Positions 1-12,272 are shown, numbered from the stretch's first letter. The stretch is 64,000 nucleotides of DNA from Phoronis australis (GCA_002633005.1 NMRA01000677.1:1-64000); one strand, 5' to 3'. The notes: generated by a model from the sequence alone, not told the origin. Translations and numbers: made by a program.

Positions 1-384
1 AGTCTCTACTTATTTGTTAAGCTTGTGGTCATAGACGATGCATCATGTTGCATATGAAGTAGTGAAACATTAATTCCGAAGTTGTCTGGGTCTCTGGAAA
101 TAGACCTCTGTCAGTGACACTTGAATAGTCAAATTAAACGGGGTACTGCTTACATTAAAATACTGAAGTGTCACAATATTTGTGGTTTCACTCAAGCGTA
201 ATAAAAGAGATAAAAACAATCCCACTATTGCTACAAGTCTCTCAGGGATTGTGATGTAAAGATGGTCAACTTTGTAGGTGGAATGTCGCTGTTTTGATCT
301 GCACCTGCATAGAATCTCGAACATTAACTGGAGCAGTTGCAAATTTACTTTAAATCAAGGGATTACATGAATAGTTTATCACAC

Positions 385-451
385 CTTCCGTCCAGACTTC
401 TTGACCATTTACACTGACTCCAACGACAACACCAGGAATCCCAACCTCCTC
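385..451 (-). CDS. LACTB: LACTB exon 2 (gene continues off the left edge)
   Basis: Acceptor tttcag (ending 452), reading EEVGIPGVVVGVSVNGQEVWTE-G, then a GT donor at 384-383. This matches, from memory, vertebrate LACTB DEVGAPGIVVGVSVDGKEVWSEG. It joins exon 1 in phase 0. Confidence 0.92.
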
Positions 452-1324
452 CTGAAATCACATGATCAGTGTTACTTGGTGAACACTTTGAAATGGAAGA
501 ATGAAACAGTGGAGCAATATATCATCCTTTACATGAAAGGCATATAACTAATCTGATTTAAATATTGTAACCAGTCTTGAAATAAAATCTGCAAATACAA
601 GTTACAGGCGCATAATACAGGCAAATAATATTAACCAAAAGCACTAATGCGAACTACCCCTCTATTTATTAACCAGGGCTTAGAATGAACAATGAAAAAA
701 AGAAAACTTCCCAGGTGATGTATCGTTCCACAAATAAGTAGGCTTGTGTGATAGAAATATTTTTTGTGTTGTAAAATTTAACTGAAATAAACATATTTGC
801 ACGAATAAAGTCAAAATAATTGATAAAAAAAGAGATGAAAAAAGGGGGAACTGGAAATCAAATAAGAGGAAATTGAAACCAAAAAAGAGGAAATCTTCTT
901 AAAAGATGAATATGTCAAGCCAAGATTAATACAATGAAGATTTCCATTTCTCATTAACAAATTTTCTCACTTTCTACCAGTTGTGAAAATTGAAGTAAAG
1001 AAAATGACATCACAGATTTTAAATTATTGCAGCTATCCTTATATTCTTTCCATCTTTTGCACAGTGAAATGATTTGATATCAGATGGTACTAAAGAAACG
1101 TTATTTATCAGCATGCCCTGCTCAGTGAATTATCCCCTCACTAAAGTCCTGAAAATTACCACCATTTTGCGCACAATGCTGGTAATTTTCAGTACGGTGC
1201 TTTAGTTGGGTTTACAACCACCTGCACTACTGGTAGCATAATGTTAGTGAAACTTATTAAATTTGCTTGATCTTTTGTAAAAATATTGAAATGGTAACTG
1301 GAGTCAATGTCAACTACATATCAC

Positions 1325-1696
1325 CTTCAGTCTTTCAATGAGGAGTCGAGATTTCGTAATTGCATTAGCTAGTTTGTCGTCTTGACCACGATGCCAAGGT
1401 TTTGAAGTTTTCTCTTCATCATCATCCAACTCATAAGCCATCACACCGTGACGTTTGCCAGTCCACAACAATCCGATTCCTGTAACGACGAGAGATATGC
1501 CGATTCCGGACCCAGTATAAAATAGAAAGTTCTGTCCGAGTTTGCTTCGTGTTGTAGACCTCGAACTCTGGTACGAAGAAGCCTTCCTGAGAGGTGAAAG
1601 TAACGGACATCTTTGCGGCTGAAGAACGACCTGTTTTGTCTGACAAACAAGTTGCAGTGCCTTGCTGTGCGGTTTGATTTGTATAAAACGAATCAT
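1325..1696 (-). CDS. LACTB: LACTB exon 1: mitochondrial serine beta-lactamase-like protein, N-terminal presequence plus hydrophobic segment
   Basis: ATG at 1696. MIRFIQIKPHSK...RSKLGQ is basic/Ser-rich with no acidic residues (presequence-like). It is followed by hydrophobic FLFYTGSGIGISLVVTGIGLLW, then LANAITKSRLLIERLK (cf. LACTB ..AIESSRDLLHRIK), ending AAG|GTGATA at 1325/1324. The start codon choice is inferred. Confidence 0.88.
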
Positions 1697-1909
1697 AATG
1701 ATATCCGTCACACAACTAGGCCCTGCTGCTGGCGCAATAATGAATAAGAAGAGATGGTCAATGACAGTACAAGATTCGCTGTTTATATTCTGATTCAAAC
1801 ATCCGACAGGTGTCTCTGTAGTTGATCGTCAGGTGGCGCGACATACGATTGCGACTCGACCAGGGATTGTGGTCAACCTAGTTTGTGCACTACCATAGTT
1901 CGAAGAATC
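1697..1909. promoter_or_regulatory. Probable bidirectional promoter / 5'UTRs shared by LACTB and MBIP
   Basis: 213 bp CpG-rich spacer between the divergent ATGs at 1696 (-) and 1910 (+). Confidence 0.55.
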
Positions 1910-1957
1910 ATGTATCTTAAAGAAACAATCGAGTCCCTTGTTAACTTTTGTAACACG
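1910..1957 (+). CDS. MBIP: MBIP probable exon 1
   Basis: aatcATG (A at -3), MYLKETIESLVNFCNT, then ACG|GTAAAT donor in phase 0, compatible with the exon at 7732. It loosely resembles the N-terminal helix of human MBIP (VLYEIFRSLHTLVGQ). Inferred; no better start was found nearer exon 2. Confidence 0.6.
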
Positions 1958-2264
1958 GTAAATACTGCAAGATTTTATAAACTCTAAATCAAAGTGGTCT
2001 ACGGCTTCACTGTTAGCTCTGATTTCACAACCACAGGCTCTCTTAGCCAACCAGCCAGCCAGCCAGCAAGCTGTATGATTATGAAGACTATCGTCAAAAT
2101 ACAGCTAGGTACCACTGCAGGCCCGTAGGAAGGCAAAAATTATTGGGGGGGTGCACAAACAATTTCGACATCGCCAAATAACTCCCCCATCGCAGCCACC
2201 TCCGCTACTCGCCCCCGTCCTCCCGATGCCACCGTATTTTTACCGAATTTCCCACGGGGATACA

Positions 2265-2422
2265 CAGTGGCAGATTTCAGTAGGGGGCCAAGAGGCCATG
2301 ACCCCCCTTAAATTCTCCCAGATTCCATTTGGTAGTTGGGAGGTGCCAATTTCTGACTGGTAAAACCCTGGCTAATACTCTGCCCTGCCCCCCCCCAACC
2401 GAAATTCCTGTATCCGCCTCTG
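2265..2422. mobile_element. Nested MITE, CAGTGGC(A/G)GAT-type termini
   Basis: Starts CAGTGGCAGAT and ends ATCCGCCTCTG, with subterminal G- and C-runs. Termini resemble those of the element at 26963. TSD is degenerate. Confidence 0.6.
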
Positions 2423-3950
2423 GAACAATCCCGGAGATCCAGNGGATCCACCTCGGGAACTATCTCGTAGATCCAGCCATTAAGAGTTGAGTAACGGTGA
2501 ACCAAAACGGAGAGTAAGAAGGGTCCTGGGACCAATACACTGACCTGTAGCGAGGAGCTGCCTCAAGAGATCTAACAGTGTGAAAATACGAAATTTCCGA
2601 TGAACTAAAGCTAGTTGCTGGTCAGCTCAACTATTATTCATGTAAGACAGGCAGCTTAGCTCGTACCGGCCGTCTGCGCTTGTTCTAAGGTCAAGATTCG
2701 TTTTGTTATGATCCAGTTTCGGGAAAAGTTTATTTTATTATGGTCATTCTTTGAAAGTTTTTTTGAAAAGGTGAGGCCCCGAAGTCCCTGGTACAGTGCC
2801 TTCAAAATCCCTAGTTGAAACACGACTGGTAGTTCAGTTTCTGGTGGCTGGGAAAAGGATAGTGTGTCCCAAAATTGTTCACACTTCCTAAATGCCTGCA
2901 GTTCAAATTCAGTTCTTGTGGTTATCACTGAGAGTCTGCGCGGCCTACTGCACGGTTACATCTTATTTTTAACGTGGACACGTCAGTCATGCGAATCACG
3001 GAAAGCAATCAATTCTGTTTTGAAGAACAAAAATTCATTACTCAATACTACTGGAAACTAAAAACACCAAGGAACTGCGAAGACAACCTTTCCAAGCAAT
3101 GAGTTTAATTTTATTTATTTAAGGATTTAAAACATTTTTCTATCTACAGTTTGTGTGTACGAATTTCATTAATGTCTTTGAGTTATTTTAGGTATACAAA
3201 AATCGTTTAAGTGTACTTTACTATTTGGGGATCAAATTATAGAGTTTTTCCAACTTCAGGTAGCAATTAAATTCACTGAATTATCACCAATTCTTACAAG
3301 ATTAGCTTCTAATTGTCAAAAATCATCTATGACTCTATCGATATTCGAAGAAACATAAACAAGTAAATCAGAAACCAACGAATTCGTTTATCAAACGGGA
3401 ATTTTATGCACAGGCTCGCAGACTTTTGACGGGTAACCGCGGGAATATGGGAGATGGGGTATTCGTATTAAGGTGTATTTTCAGAGGTACCTATAACGGT
3501 TCACGATGTAAACTTGAACTCCAATGACAAAAAAACCCTTGAAATCTTTGTTTGTGATTGCAAGAGTTCTTTGAGTACCCCTTTGGACATGTACACGATC
3601 ATTACAAATAGTAGCCTAGACAGCAGTGTTTTCCACAAGTGTGAATTCCTTACAAATAACTCATAGTAACCATCGTCAAATGAGATACTATTCTTGTGAT
3701 ACTACGGGAAACAGTAACATTATTTTATAACTAACCACCGGAAATAGTCCTTTTGTGTAATTCACAAGTAGTAGTCTTCACGTTCTTCAAAATTCCACCC
3801 TTTCGAGGGCGGCAATCCTACAGTATTTTTTTTTAAATTTTTGGTTGTTTGGGTTGAATGGCTGTGCTGTGCAAGAATTTTTTTTTTTTTTGATGAATTT
3901 GGAATCTTCCCTCGTAAATGTGTAGCAGTGTCTGATTTACATACAAGGGT

Positions 3951-4183
3951 TAGTGCGCTATTCTATATTATGGTAATGGCCATGGATTTAGAATGTCTAT
4001 ATATGTAGCACGCTATTCTATATTTATGGTCATGACCATGGATATAGAGTGTCTACCTATATATCGCTATTCTATATCGATGGTCTTGACCATGGATTTA
4101 GAGTGTCTATATATTTAGCGCACTATTCTATATTATGGTCATGACCACGGATTTAGATTGTCTATATTTATGTAGCGAGCTAT
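3951..4183. repeat. Minisatellite, ~55-bp unit x ~4
   Basis: Repeated unit approximately tagcgcgctattctatattatggtcatgaccatggatttagagtgtctatatatg, seen four times. Confidence 0.85.
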
Positions 4184-5401
4184 GACAATTAGTATAACCA
4201 AAAAATAGGAACTAGAGCCTGTGCTTCGTCTAACTAACAAGTGGGTGAGACGAACTCATTATAGAATATTTTTTCTATTTGGATTTGATAGGTCTTACAC
4301 CTTGAAGCATGTAATGCACCAAGGCCAGTCAATGAATGTATATTGTGTTTATTGATTAAATACCTTTAGGCAATCATTAGTTTTAGCAGAATTATTAAAG
4401 TTTGACTTTTGGCAATATTGCGTAGCGTTTTAAGACAAATTTTCATATTGACGTCATTCAGCATTTAATTCCAAAATTTAACGCGCCAATGCCATGGATA
4501 TTCGTCAAGTTTGATATATGTAACCCCTTCTTGTTGCAACAACTAACTACACATGGTTTCTAGAACGTTTTAATGTTTCAATTTACGTTTAACAACTATA
4601 AGAGATGAAACGTGAAGTAATTACAGAAATTCATAAGCAATACTAGAATGGCTGCAGGACGGGATTAAACTGGAACCCTCTGGTACAGCACTTCGGGGCG
4701 GCAGGTGGCACCAGTGGGTTATTAATTAAAATGCGTTTGCCTGACTTACTTGAATGAATCTAAGTAATATTTCTGATGCTTAAATGTTTAGTGCCGATCA
4801 TCACAAATTGTTGTGTCGCATCTTCCTCTCCCCTCTTCCCCTCCGGAGAGGGTTCTGTACGAGACAAATCTCCTTCCATCCTAGCTACATGTACGCCCCT
4901 CAGGATGTACACTGAAGTCTGTGCCCTGACTGTTGCATACTTCTGTATGCATTATACATTGCTCCTTGCTGTTTCAAAGGCTTAGTTTTGCCCTTTATTT
5001 ACCGTCAGTGTTAATGAACTTGTATGTTACAAAGTAGACATTGTGTACTGTTCGTCTTCTTCACTGTCTTAATCAAATTTTCTAAACTTAGAATAAGTAA
5101 TGCTTGTGTAAAAATCTTGTACCTCCATTTTGGTTGATATGAATTCTGATGAGACTGATCATCGTTCACATATCAGTCTGATCATCGTTTACAGCATTAT
5201 TCTTAGGATCGTTTTTAGTCTGTGACAAGAATTCGAATAAATTACTAGGGCTGGTGAAAAAAATTACATCTTATATTACACCAGTCGTTAATATTAATTC
5301 TTATCAACATCTTATAACATGTCATACCATTCTTAGAAATAGTCGAAATTAATTTATTTTAAAGAATCATTTGTAATAAATTTTATCAACCATAATTGAT
5401 T

Positions 5402-5502
5402 GTGTACACCTGTCATGCACGTGCAGATAAAGTGCCTGTGTACACTTGTGCACGCGCAGATCAGTATAGTGCCTTTGTACACTTGTCCTGCACGCGCAGA
5501 TA
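5402..5502. repeat. Short tandem repeat, ~35-38-bp unit x 3
   Basis: gtacacYtgt(cm)tgcacgYgcagat...agtgcct repeated three times. Confidence 0.7.
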
Positions 5503-7037
5503 TACATGTATATAGAGGGACAAAGGGACATTTACCCCAAAGTGCTCCACCGAAAGAGGGCAACGTCTGAAATGGAACACCTTAAAATGAAAGGCTAAAC
5601 ATCATTAAGCTTGGAAAAAGTGACTGTTCATTCCACCGTCGTGTGGTCCCAAAATGATGCAGGGAGTGACCGCCTTCAATATGAAAGCACGAGTTCATAA
5701 AAAACAGGAAAATGGAGGTAATCGATTCCAACACTGGGCCCTCTCTCCGTGAGCGACCCCGTAAGAATTTGTCAATAAAAACACCAAAAGCTGACCTCCT
5801 TCAAGGGCGGGGCTCCTAAATGTGAAAATATCAATATTTTCAGATATCAGGAAATGCGCAGCAATTGGTGTTATCTGTCAGGTCATCAATTTTCTCAAGT
5901 GATATATTAAAAGTTTCGAGAAAAAAAATAAAGCGAAAGTTATCTCCGTTATCCGTTGCCTCTGGAAAAATATAGTTTTGCATTTGCAAAATTGACTTAT
6001 TGAATTTAAACATCCAGTAAATTAGTACGCTCCGCAAAAGCTTCGCTTTACAAATTTTCTTGATTTTTCGAAATATATACGTGCGTTTAGACGACCTGTG
6101 CTGCAAAAGCGAAGACCCTAACGACAGTGAGGACAGGGTCCTCAAAAGGTAAACCATGCACTGATGCTGATTTGTTAAATGTCCTCTTGAATTTTCTCTC
6201 TTATCCGTTTTTTACAGTCTTTTCTCGACTGTCCCTGGCACCACGCCTATGTCGGTTGCCACGGGTTAACCCAGACGCCTGAAAATTTTTTGGGGGGCNC
6301 CCCCCTCCCCTCGCTTCCTACGGCCCTGCACTGTGTGTATTTCTTCCGTTGACCCCGAAATTGCACACCGCCAGGGTAGTTCTGCTCGTCACCTCACCGT
6401 GAAACTTGTATCAACATGTAAAGCTAAAGACTGGACAGGGCGCATGCAAAATCTGGGAATCAACCGACACTCACCTTGCCCGTTACAGCTGTTTAAGTGA
6501 ATAACAATGCAATAAACGTCATTTTCTTGCGTAACTCTCCGCCTTTTCTAACAATGAAATGTATGTCATCGTTTTGAAAACGGTATGCTCGTGTCGCGGG
6601 CAAACACCATTTCCTAAATTTTTGTGATATTTCTGGGGAGATGATGATAGCTTGACAGCAGCAAAATTTGTTCTGAAATTCGTTTTTTCGGTATCAAAAT
6701 TCTAAAAACTTATAATGAATTGAAACCAGTTCCAATAATTTGTTGTGACATGTACGCAACCTGGTGAAAGAACAACAGTTGATTGAAGAATTGGCGAAAA
6801 AAGAAACTGGACAATAGGTGACGCAATATTTCATGGCGCCGAAAGCCGTCGCTAAAGATCGCTCCACAACTTTAGCAGCAGAATAACGGTTTAATAATTT
6901 AATTTACTCAGGGAAGACTGTAGTTTTTAATGACACTAATTTTGTGTCAGATTTTATCTTACCACTTTTTTACCCACATCGGTGCAAAGCTGTATATTTA
7001 ATAGCTTTGTGCCAAGGCTATCTCTTGGTCTGTCTAT

Positions 7038-7297
7038 CGGGGTCACTCGTATTGACAAGGTGCCCGCAGGCGTGTACCAAAAATTACGAGTAGACGGTAC
7101 TTTTTCAGCAAGTTTTGCAGGACCCATGTGGGATCCGCACAAAAGGGGGTGGAGTAGAGAAAACTGACCCACAAAAGGGATGAGGCAGAAAAATTTACCC
7201 CACCAAAGGGGTGTAGACCTGGCACCCGCAATAAGGGGTCTCTCAGCAATTTCTGGTACACGCCTGCGGGCACCTGGTCCATATGAGTGAGCTGGGG
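7038..7297. mobile_element. MITE with ~50-bp terminal inverted repeats
   Basis: Left tcactcgtattgacaaggtgcccgcaggcgtgtacca is the near-perfect reverse complement of right tggtacacgcctgcgggcacctggtccatatgagtga. This explains the VPAGVYQKL peptide appearing in ORFs on both strands. Confidence 0.8.
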
Positions 7298-7731
7298 TCT
7301 CTCTGCTATGCTACTAGTAGTCTGTTGTCTTGTTGAGCTGACAGATAGCAGTGTAAGGCTATGACATGGGGATTTTTAGCCATGTTTTTCAATAACTGTA
7401 CAGTTGTGTTTCCCGAGGCGTTGGCTTTTGTTGCTGTTTATACATGGCGATGATGCACAACGCCCTCCCATCACTCTGGATCCAAGGCTCGGGGAGACTG
7501 CACGCCCTGATTCACATTTTTTGAGAAAAGGCTACTTTTAGAAGTCGGAATGGGAATTTTTTAAATCATCTCCTGACGTCTGATTATTCAAGAAATATGA
7601 GGAGGGCCAAAATCACTCATGACTCAATTTTCAGAATCAAGACAATTAAATATTGGCTTGAATTTCAAAATCTCAAATTTTAGAGACTATAAACTGAAGA
7701 ATTTTTACCATAATTTCATTGTGTTTTTCAG

Positions 7732-7827
7732 GTATGTCCTAATGCTGTTAGCCTAAACACAGATTGCAAGATTGGAGACAGAATTGACTTGTTGCAAAAG
7801 CTTGAATTGCTAATAGATGAATTGCAG
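7732..7827 (+). CDS. MBIP: MBIP exon 2
   Basis: ttttcag| VCPNAVSLNTDCKIGDRIDLLQKLELLIDELQ |gtaggt, phase 0-0. Confidence 0.75.
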
Positions 7828-8750
7828 GTAGGTTTTGCAACTCACTATTACGTCAGCTATCAAGTGGAAGATTGAGAGCAAATGAGCTTAAAGTCTAGCA
7901 TACTTTTATTTGCTTTTATTTGTCCTTTCCAAAGCCTCATACAATAACCGCATATCGTGGACACAATTAGCTACTGAAATAAGTTCATAAACTTTGTGAA
8001 AATGTTCAGTTGGGTTTGCAAATTCTACAGTAGTATTCCACCTGAATGAGATCAAACAACAGGGTATAAAATAAATTGCTTACCTTGGTACTTGTTCACC
8101 TGTAAGAACTGATTATTGATGAATTTTCTGGCCACCAACCACACACTGCATAGTGCTAGACTCGCATGACTTGGTTACCCTGTGCTTCAGAAATGGAACA
8201 AATTCAACTCGTTTTGCACCTCACACACAACTAGCGTTCTGAAAACTGCCCAGGTATTTTTTGTTCATTGGTGGCCAAATATACATGATACTTTGTGTGT
8301 TCTACGTTATTCTTTGGGATATGGGTGGAAGATTAAACATCGCAGTAAGCTTCTCTCAAACCCCATTAGGTATAGATCTTCATAAGCAATGTCATGGCAT
8401 TTTTGCCTTTGTTTGAATTGAAATTGATTTATTTCTCTGGGAACTTCCCTGATGGTCGTACTGTCGTGCGAATTTAAACTGACCCGCCTTGACAGGCAAC
8501 GTGGTGTATCTGGTCTAAGGTAATAATGTCATGTCGGGTCTTCTCGCGTTTGGAAATTACTTCTAATTTGTACAGAACAAAGTCATACCGATTTTGTGAT
8601 GATAAGTGTTCAAATAAAAAGTTGGAAGTGTGGAAACTATGGTTATCAGGTTCAGGGATGAAAACAAAATTTAAGTTCATTCTAAAGTCGGTTTTTGTGA
8701 ACTTCTTGGTTGAGGAAATGCTTATTAAAAATCATTATTTTCTTCTATAG

Positions 8751-8858
8751 GCAATATGTACTCGCATTCGGCTAAACTCTGAAAGTGGAAATATGGTTGC
8801 AGCCAGAATGCAGGCCAGTGATGACAGTTTGGTGCAAATCAAAGCTGGGAAAGCAGAG
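8751..8858 (+). CDS. MBIP: MBIP exon 3
   Basis: ttctatag| AICTRIRLNSESGNMVAARMQASDDSLVQIKAGKAE |gtttgt. VQIKAGKAE is a conserved MBIP motif. Confidence 0.9.
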
Positions 8859-9391
8859 GTTTGTATTTATTTGTTGTGTGCTGTTGAAAGTGGGTAAGAA
8901 TAAAGCCAACGCACTTTCTAGAAAACTGTGTTTAGATGCTGAGTGATGTCAACTAGAAGTAGCGGCAAATTCAACAGGAAACAAATTACCTTGTACTGAC
9001 ATTTGTTTCGTCTTGAGTAAAAGTACACAGAAACGGCCTGTGTCTGTGTCTCGTCTTAGGGTTGTTTGGTGTCCCTGACTTTACTATGGAGTATAAAAAC
9101 ATATTACAATTGACACCCAAAATACTCAGTGAGCAACTCGACCTCCACAAGGTGGCGCCAGTAGACAAAAGGTCACCTTTTTTCATCTGCTTAGAGTGAG
9201 ATAAAAGGCATTAACACGGAGGCATTCGTATTCCAAAGTACCAGGTGTTTGAAGAAGGATAAATGCATTCTGTTATTTCTGTGGCGCCACCTAATGAATT
9301 CGGAGTTCCTTACTGGCTATGTATCCTTATGATTAAATTTGAATTCTTTGCAGTTCTAAGCTACAGTTGTTGTGTTCACAAATGTTTTCAG

Positions 9392-9485
9392 ATTGACAGG
9401 CGAATTGCAGCTTTCATAGAGCATAAACAGACGGACATCGATGACAGTAACAAGAAAGAGTTCTGTAACTTTGATTTTCAGGAAG
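9392..9485 (+). CDS. MBIP: MBIP exon 4
   Basis: ttttcag| IDRRIAAFIEHKQTDIDDSNKKEFCNFDFQE-G |gtttga. Matches MBIP IDRRISAFIERKQAEINENNVREFC. Confidence 0.93.
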
Positions 9486-10630
9486 GTTTGATTTTATTTA
9501 GTGTGATTATCGCCATGTACTTATTTTGCATAAAAATAATTTCCAAAAATGATCCTTTTCCATTTTTCAAAGGCATTTTTCAAATAACAGGAATTTTAGC
9601 AAATGTTATTTTACTATCTACACATTACAATCTGTGCTTCTAAGAGACTGAATTGTCCTTAATCTGTACCTTTTGTGGAGTAACATTACGAAGTATAATT
9701 TCATTGTCGGCCATGTTGTGTGCTAAATAAGTGAAGAATGACAGTAAGCGGTGACTGAAATATTTAAGTCGTCGTTTTTAAGATCAAAAACTGACACAAT
9801 TTTGATGTTTTTCCGCATTTCCAGTATGCAAACAGATCATAACACCCCCACCCGCCTGTGTTTACATGACCTGTGTGTACTGCACAGTTTTCACCAAACA
9901 ACTGTTGATAAAATTTTGAGCCTTTTCTGTGATGTGGGAAGCCTTCAAAAATGGAAAAAGGCATTTTTAGCAGTTAGGTTTGTCTCAAATTTAACGATTT
10001 GTACTGCATTCATCCCGACATAAAAGATCGACTATTAACAAAATATTTAAAGACTTCAAATATATGTAATACATTAATGAAGAAAATTATGTTTTTCCAT
10101 TTTTTAAATTATAGAATCTCACTAAACTATCTCAAAATGAGTAGTTACATAAAAATCATGAAGAATTGATCTACATTTTTCACTGAATTATGCCAATAAC
10201 TTGCTGCACACCATGTTTGTTGTTTTTCTAAACCAGAAAAAGAACAATGCTACCTTCAGACTAAATGATAAACTACTTCAACACGTCTGCTGCAAATCGA
10301 TTGTTGGTTGATTTGTAACCATAGTCATGTACTTTTGTAATTCATTATTCCTAATTTTTGGTAATTAAAAACTTAAAATATTCGATTTATAGTATCTACT
10401 ATTGAAGTACGTGAATTCCAGCTGGAACCTCAAATTTCGTGAAAACATCAGATTCCATGAATTTGTGTTTTCTGTTGCGGAAAATCAGGGACTCTAACTC
10501 AACATTTGTTGGTACAAACCTGTTGGGAATTGCGGTTTGGTCAATCAGTGCTTGTCAGATCTCATATTTTCTCAATTTTATTTAGAAGTGATGAGACTGT
10601 AGCTCAAATTGTCGATACTTTTGTTCACAG

Positions 10631-10702
10631 GAAGTGAAGACTCTTGTGCAAGAACCAATGCTGTGTTTGTCGCAAGATCGGATTGCAAAAGTCATGTTAA
10701 AG
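10631..10702 (+). CDS. MBIP: MBIP exon 5
   Basis: ttcacag| (G)SEDSCARTNAVFVARSDCKSHVK |gtttga, phase 1-1. Contains the conserved SCART and KSHVK motifs. Confidence 0.93.
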
Positions 10703-10974
10703 GTTTGATATCAACTATTTAAATGGGTGGTTCCACTCTACTTTTGATATACTCTTGGAAATCGAGTTGACATTTTTTTTGCTGTTATAGCAATCTTGGG
10801 GGATTTCACGACCATTGAAAACACCTAGTTTGAGACATACACAAGGGAGAGTTGTCTGTGAATGTTCCATAGGCACATGCACAGAATGAACGATGACTTT
10901 TAATTATACGATTCTTCATTGTAGTCGAATATCGTAGTTGATTGTTGAAGCCCATTTGCGCCTTCATTTTTTAG

Positions 10975-11160
10975 TGTCGAAAGTAGTCAATACGTATGGT
11001 CCACAAACAAGACAGTTGGGAAATGGTCAGTCTGTTCATAGACCATCCTCTTTGTCACCATCATCACAACAGGTGTCTTCTGCATTATCAAGGGACACAT
11101 CACAAAAGGCTCTTGATGAAAGGCTTGTAAATATGGAGACACATATGAAGTGCACACTAG
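10975..11160 (+). CDS. MBIP: MBIP exon 6
   Basis: ttttttag| (V)SKVVNTYGPQTR...ALDERLVNMETHMKCTL-G |gtatga. Contains the conserved VVNTYGPQTR and ERLxNxExH motifs. Confidence 0.93.
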
Positions 11161-11300
11161 GTATGATCTTTTTTTTAATTATTTTGCTTAAGGTCAGAGC
11201 TTGTTCCAAATTCTAGAAGTAGGCAATGTTGGCCTTTGCAAATTCAGGAGTCATGGAAAAGACATCAAAATTACCCACTCAGTTGTTTGAAAACGCATTA

Positions 11301-11869
11301 GGGCTGTTCCAGCAAAATCTGTGTGGGAGGGGGGGAAGGCAACTGAAATAAAAATTTATGGGTGGTTGCGTTTGATTTAAATTCAAAATGGGTGGTGGTC
11401 GTACTTCAAAAAAATAAAAATTTACAGGTCGTTGTTGTTTCATTGGGCCATAAATGTTTGATGGTGGGTAATTTTAGTAAATTTTATAAACAATCCGCAC
11501 AGAATCAAAAACTGAAACAAAAATGCAACTTGCAAAAAGCTCCGACTTTTTCACTCCCTCCGATCTCCTCATCGGCATGCCCATAACACCATTTAACCAC
11601 AGGTGCTCGAATTTCTCGATGGCTAATAACCATATATAAGAGACATATGTTTTCTTAGTAATGAATGACGTTAGTGGTGATGGAGGAACAGTTAAACTCA
11701 AGTGCCTGTGCAGTCAACCACAAGAACAAAAATAAATTATGGGTGGTTGCATTTCAAACTTATAAAAAATTACGGGTGCTAAGCTGAAGAAATAAATGAA
11801 AAATATGCGTGGTGGGTGCAAAAAAAGGTGCCTTCCCCCCCTCCCATACAGATTTTACTGGAACAGCCC
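11301..11869. mobile_element. PIF/Harbinger-like (Tourist-type) MITE in an MBIP intron
   Basis: ~40-bp TIRs GGGCTGTTCCAGCAAAATCTGTGTGGGAG...AAGGCA and TGCCTT...CTCCCATACAGATTTTACTGGAACAGCCC. TTA target duplication at 11298-11300 and 11870-11872. Confidence 0.88.
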
Positions 11870-12272
11870 TTATGTGAAATTTGAGAAATATAATGAACGC
11901 TAAAATCACCATTGTCCCGAATTCCAGAATGAAGAAAAATCAATTTTCGCTGCTCTAAATTCTAGAATGATAATAAAGGAACGTTAAAACCACATTTTCC
12001 ATCAAAAGCAATCTTTTGATTCTGACCACTTACTGTTATAAAATTGAGTCTCGTCTTGTTTCTTACTCAGATTAAGATTGCAAATAATTTCAAAGTTTGA
12101 AATCATTTGACAGGTTTCTAGTGCTTCACACCAGGCCCATGAAGTTAATTGTCTCGGAATAACTGGAAATGACAACAAAATATTTCCATGTATAGAAATA
12201 TGCTGGGATAAATAAAAATCCTTTGTTTTGCAATTCATTATGGGATGCAGTGTCGCTGTAAATGCATTTCAG

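Larger units (their letters stand above)
2118..6328 (+). mobile_element. Decayed hAT-like DNA transposon (4.2 kb) with 5-bp TSD, in MBIP intron 1
   Basis: TIRs CAGGCCCGTAGGAAG (2118) and CTTCCTACGGCCCTG (ends 6328) match at 14/15. Direct repeat CACTG at 2113-2117 and 6329-6333. Internal frameshifted fragments resemble hAT transposase motifs (TRQSCESRKAINSVLKN near 2975-3030; TPLDMYTIITNSSLDSSVF...VT..SNE near 3575-3690). Confidence 0.65.

Noticed and set aside
1697-1798. N-terminal extension of the LACTB ORF
   Set aside because: Non-ATG start in the ORF track. The first in-frame ATG is at 1696.
6833-6886. ATGGCG start as MBIP exon 1
   Set aside because: It hits TAA after 17 codons with no suitable donor.
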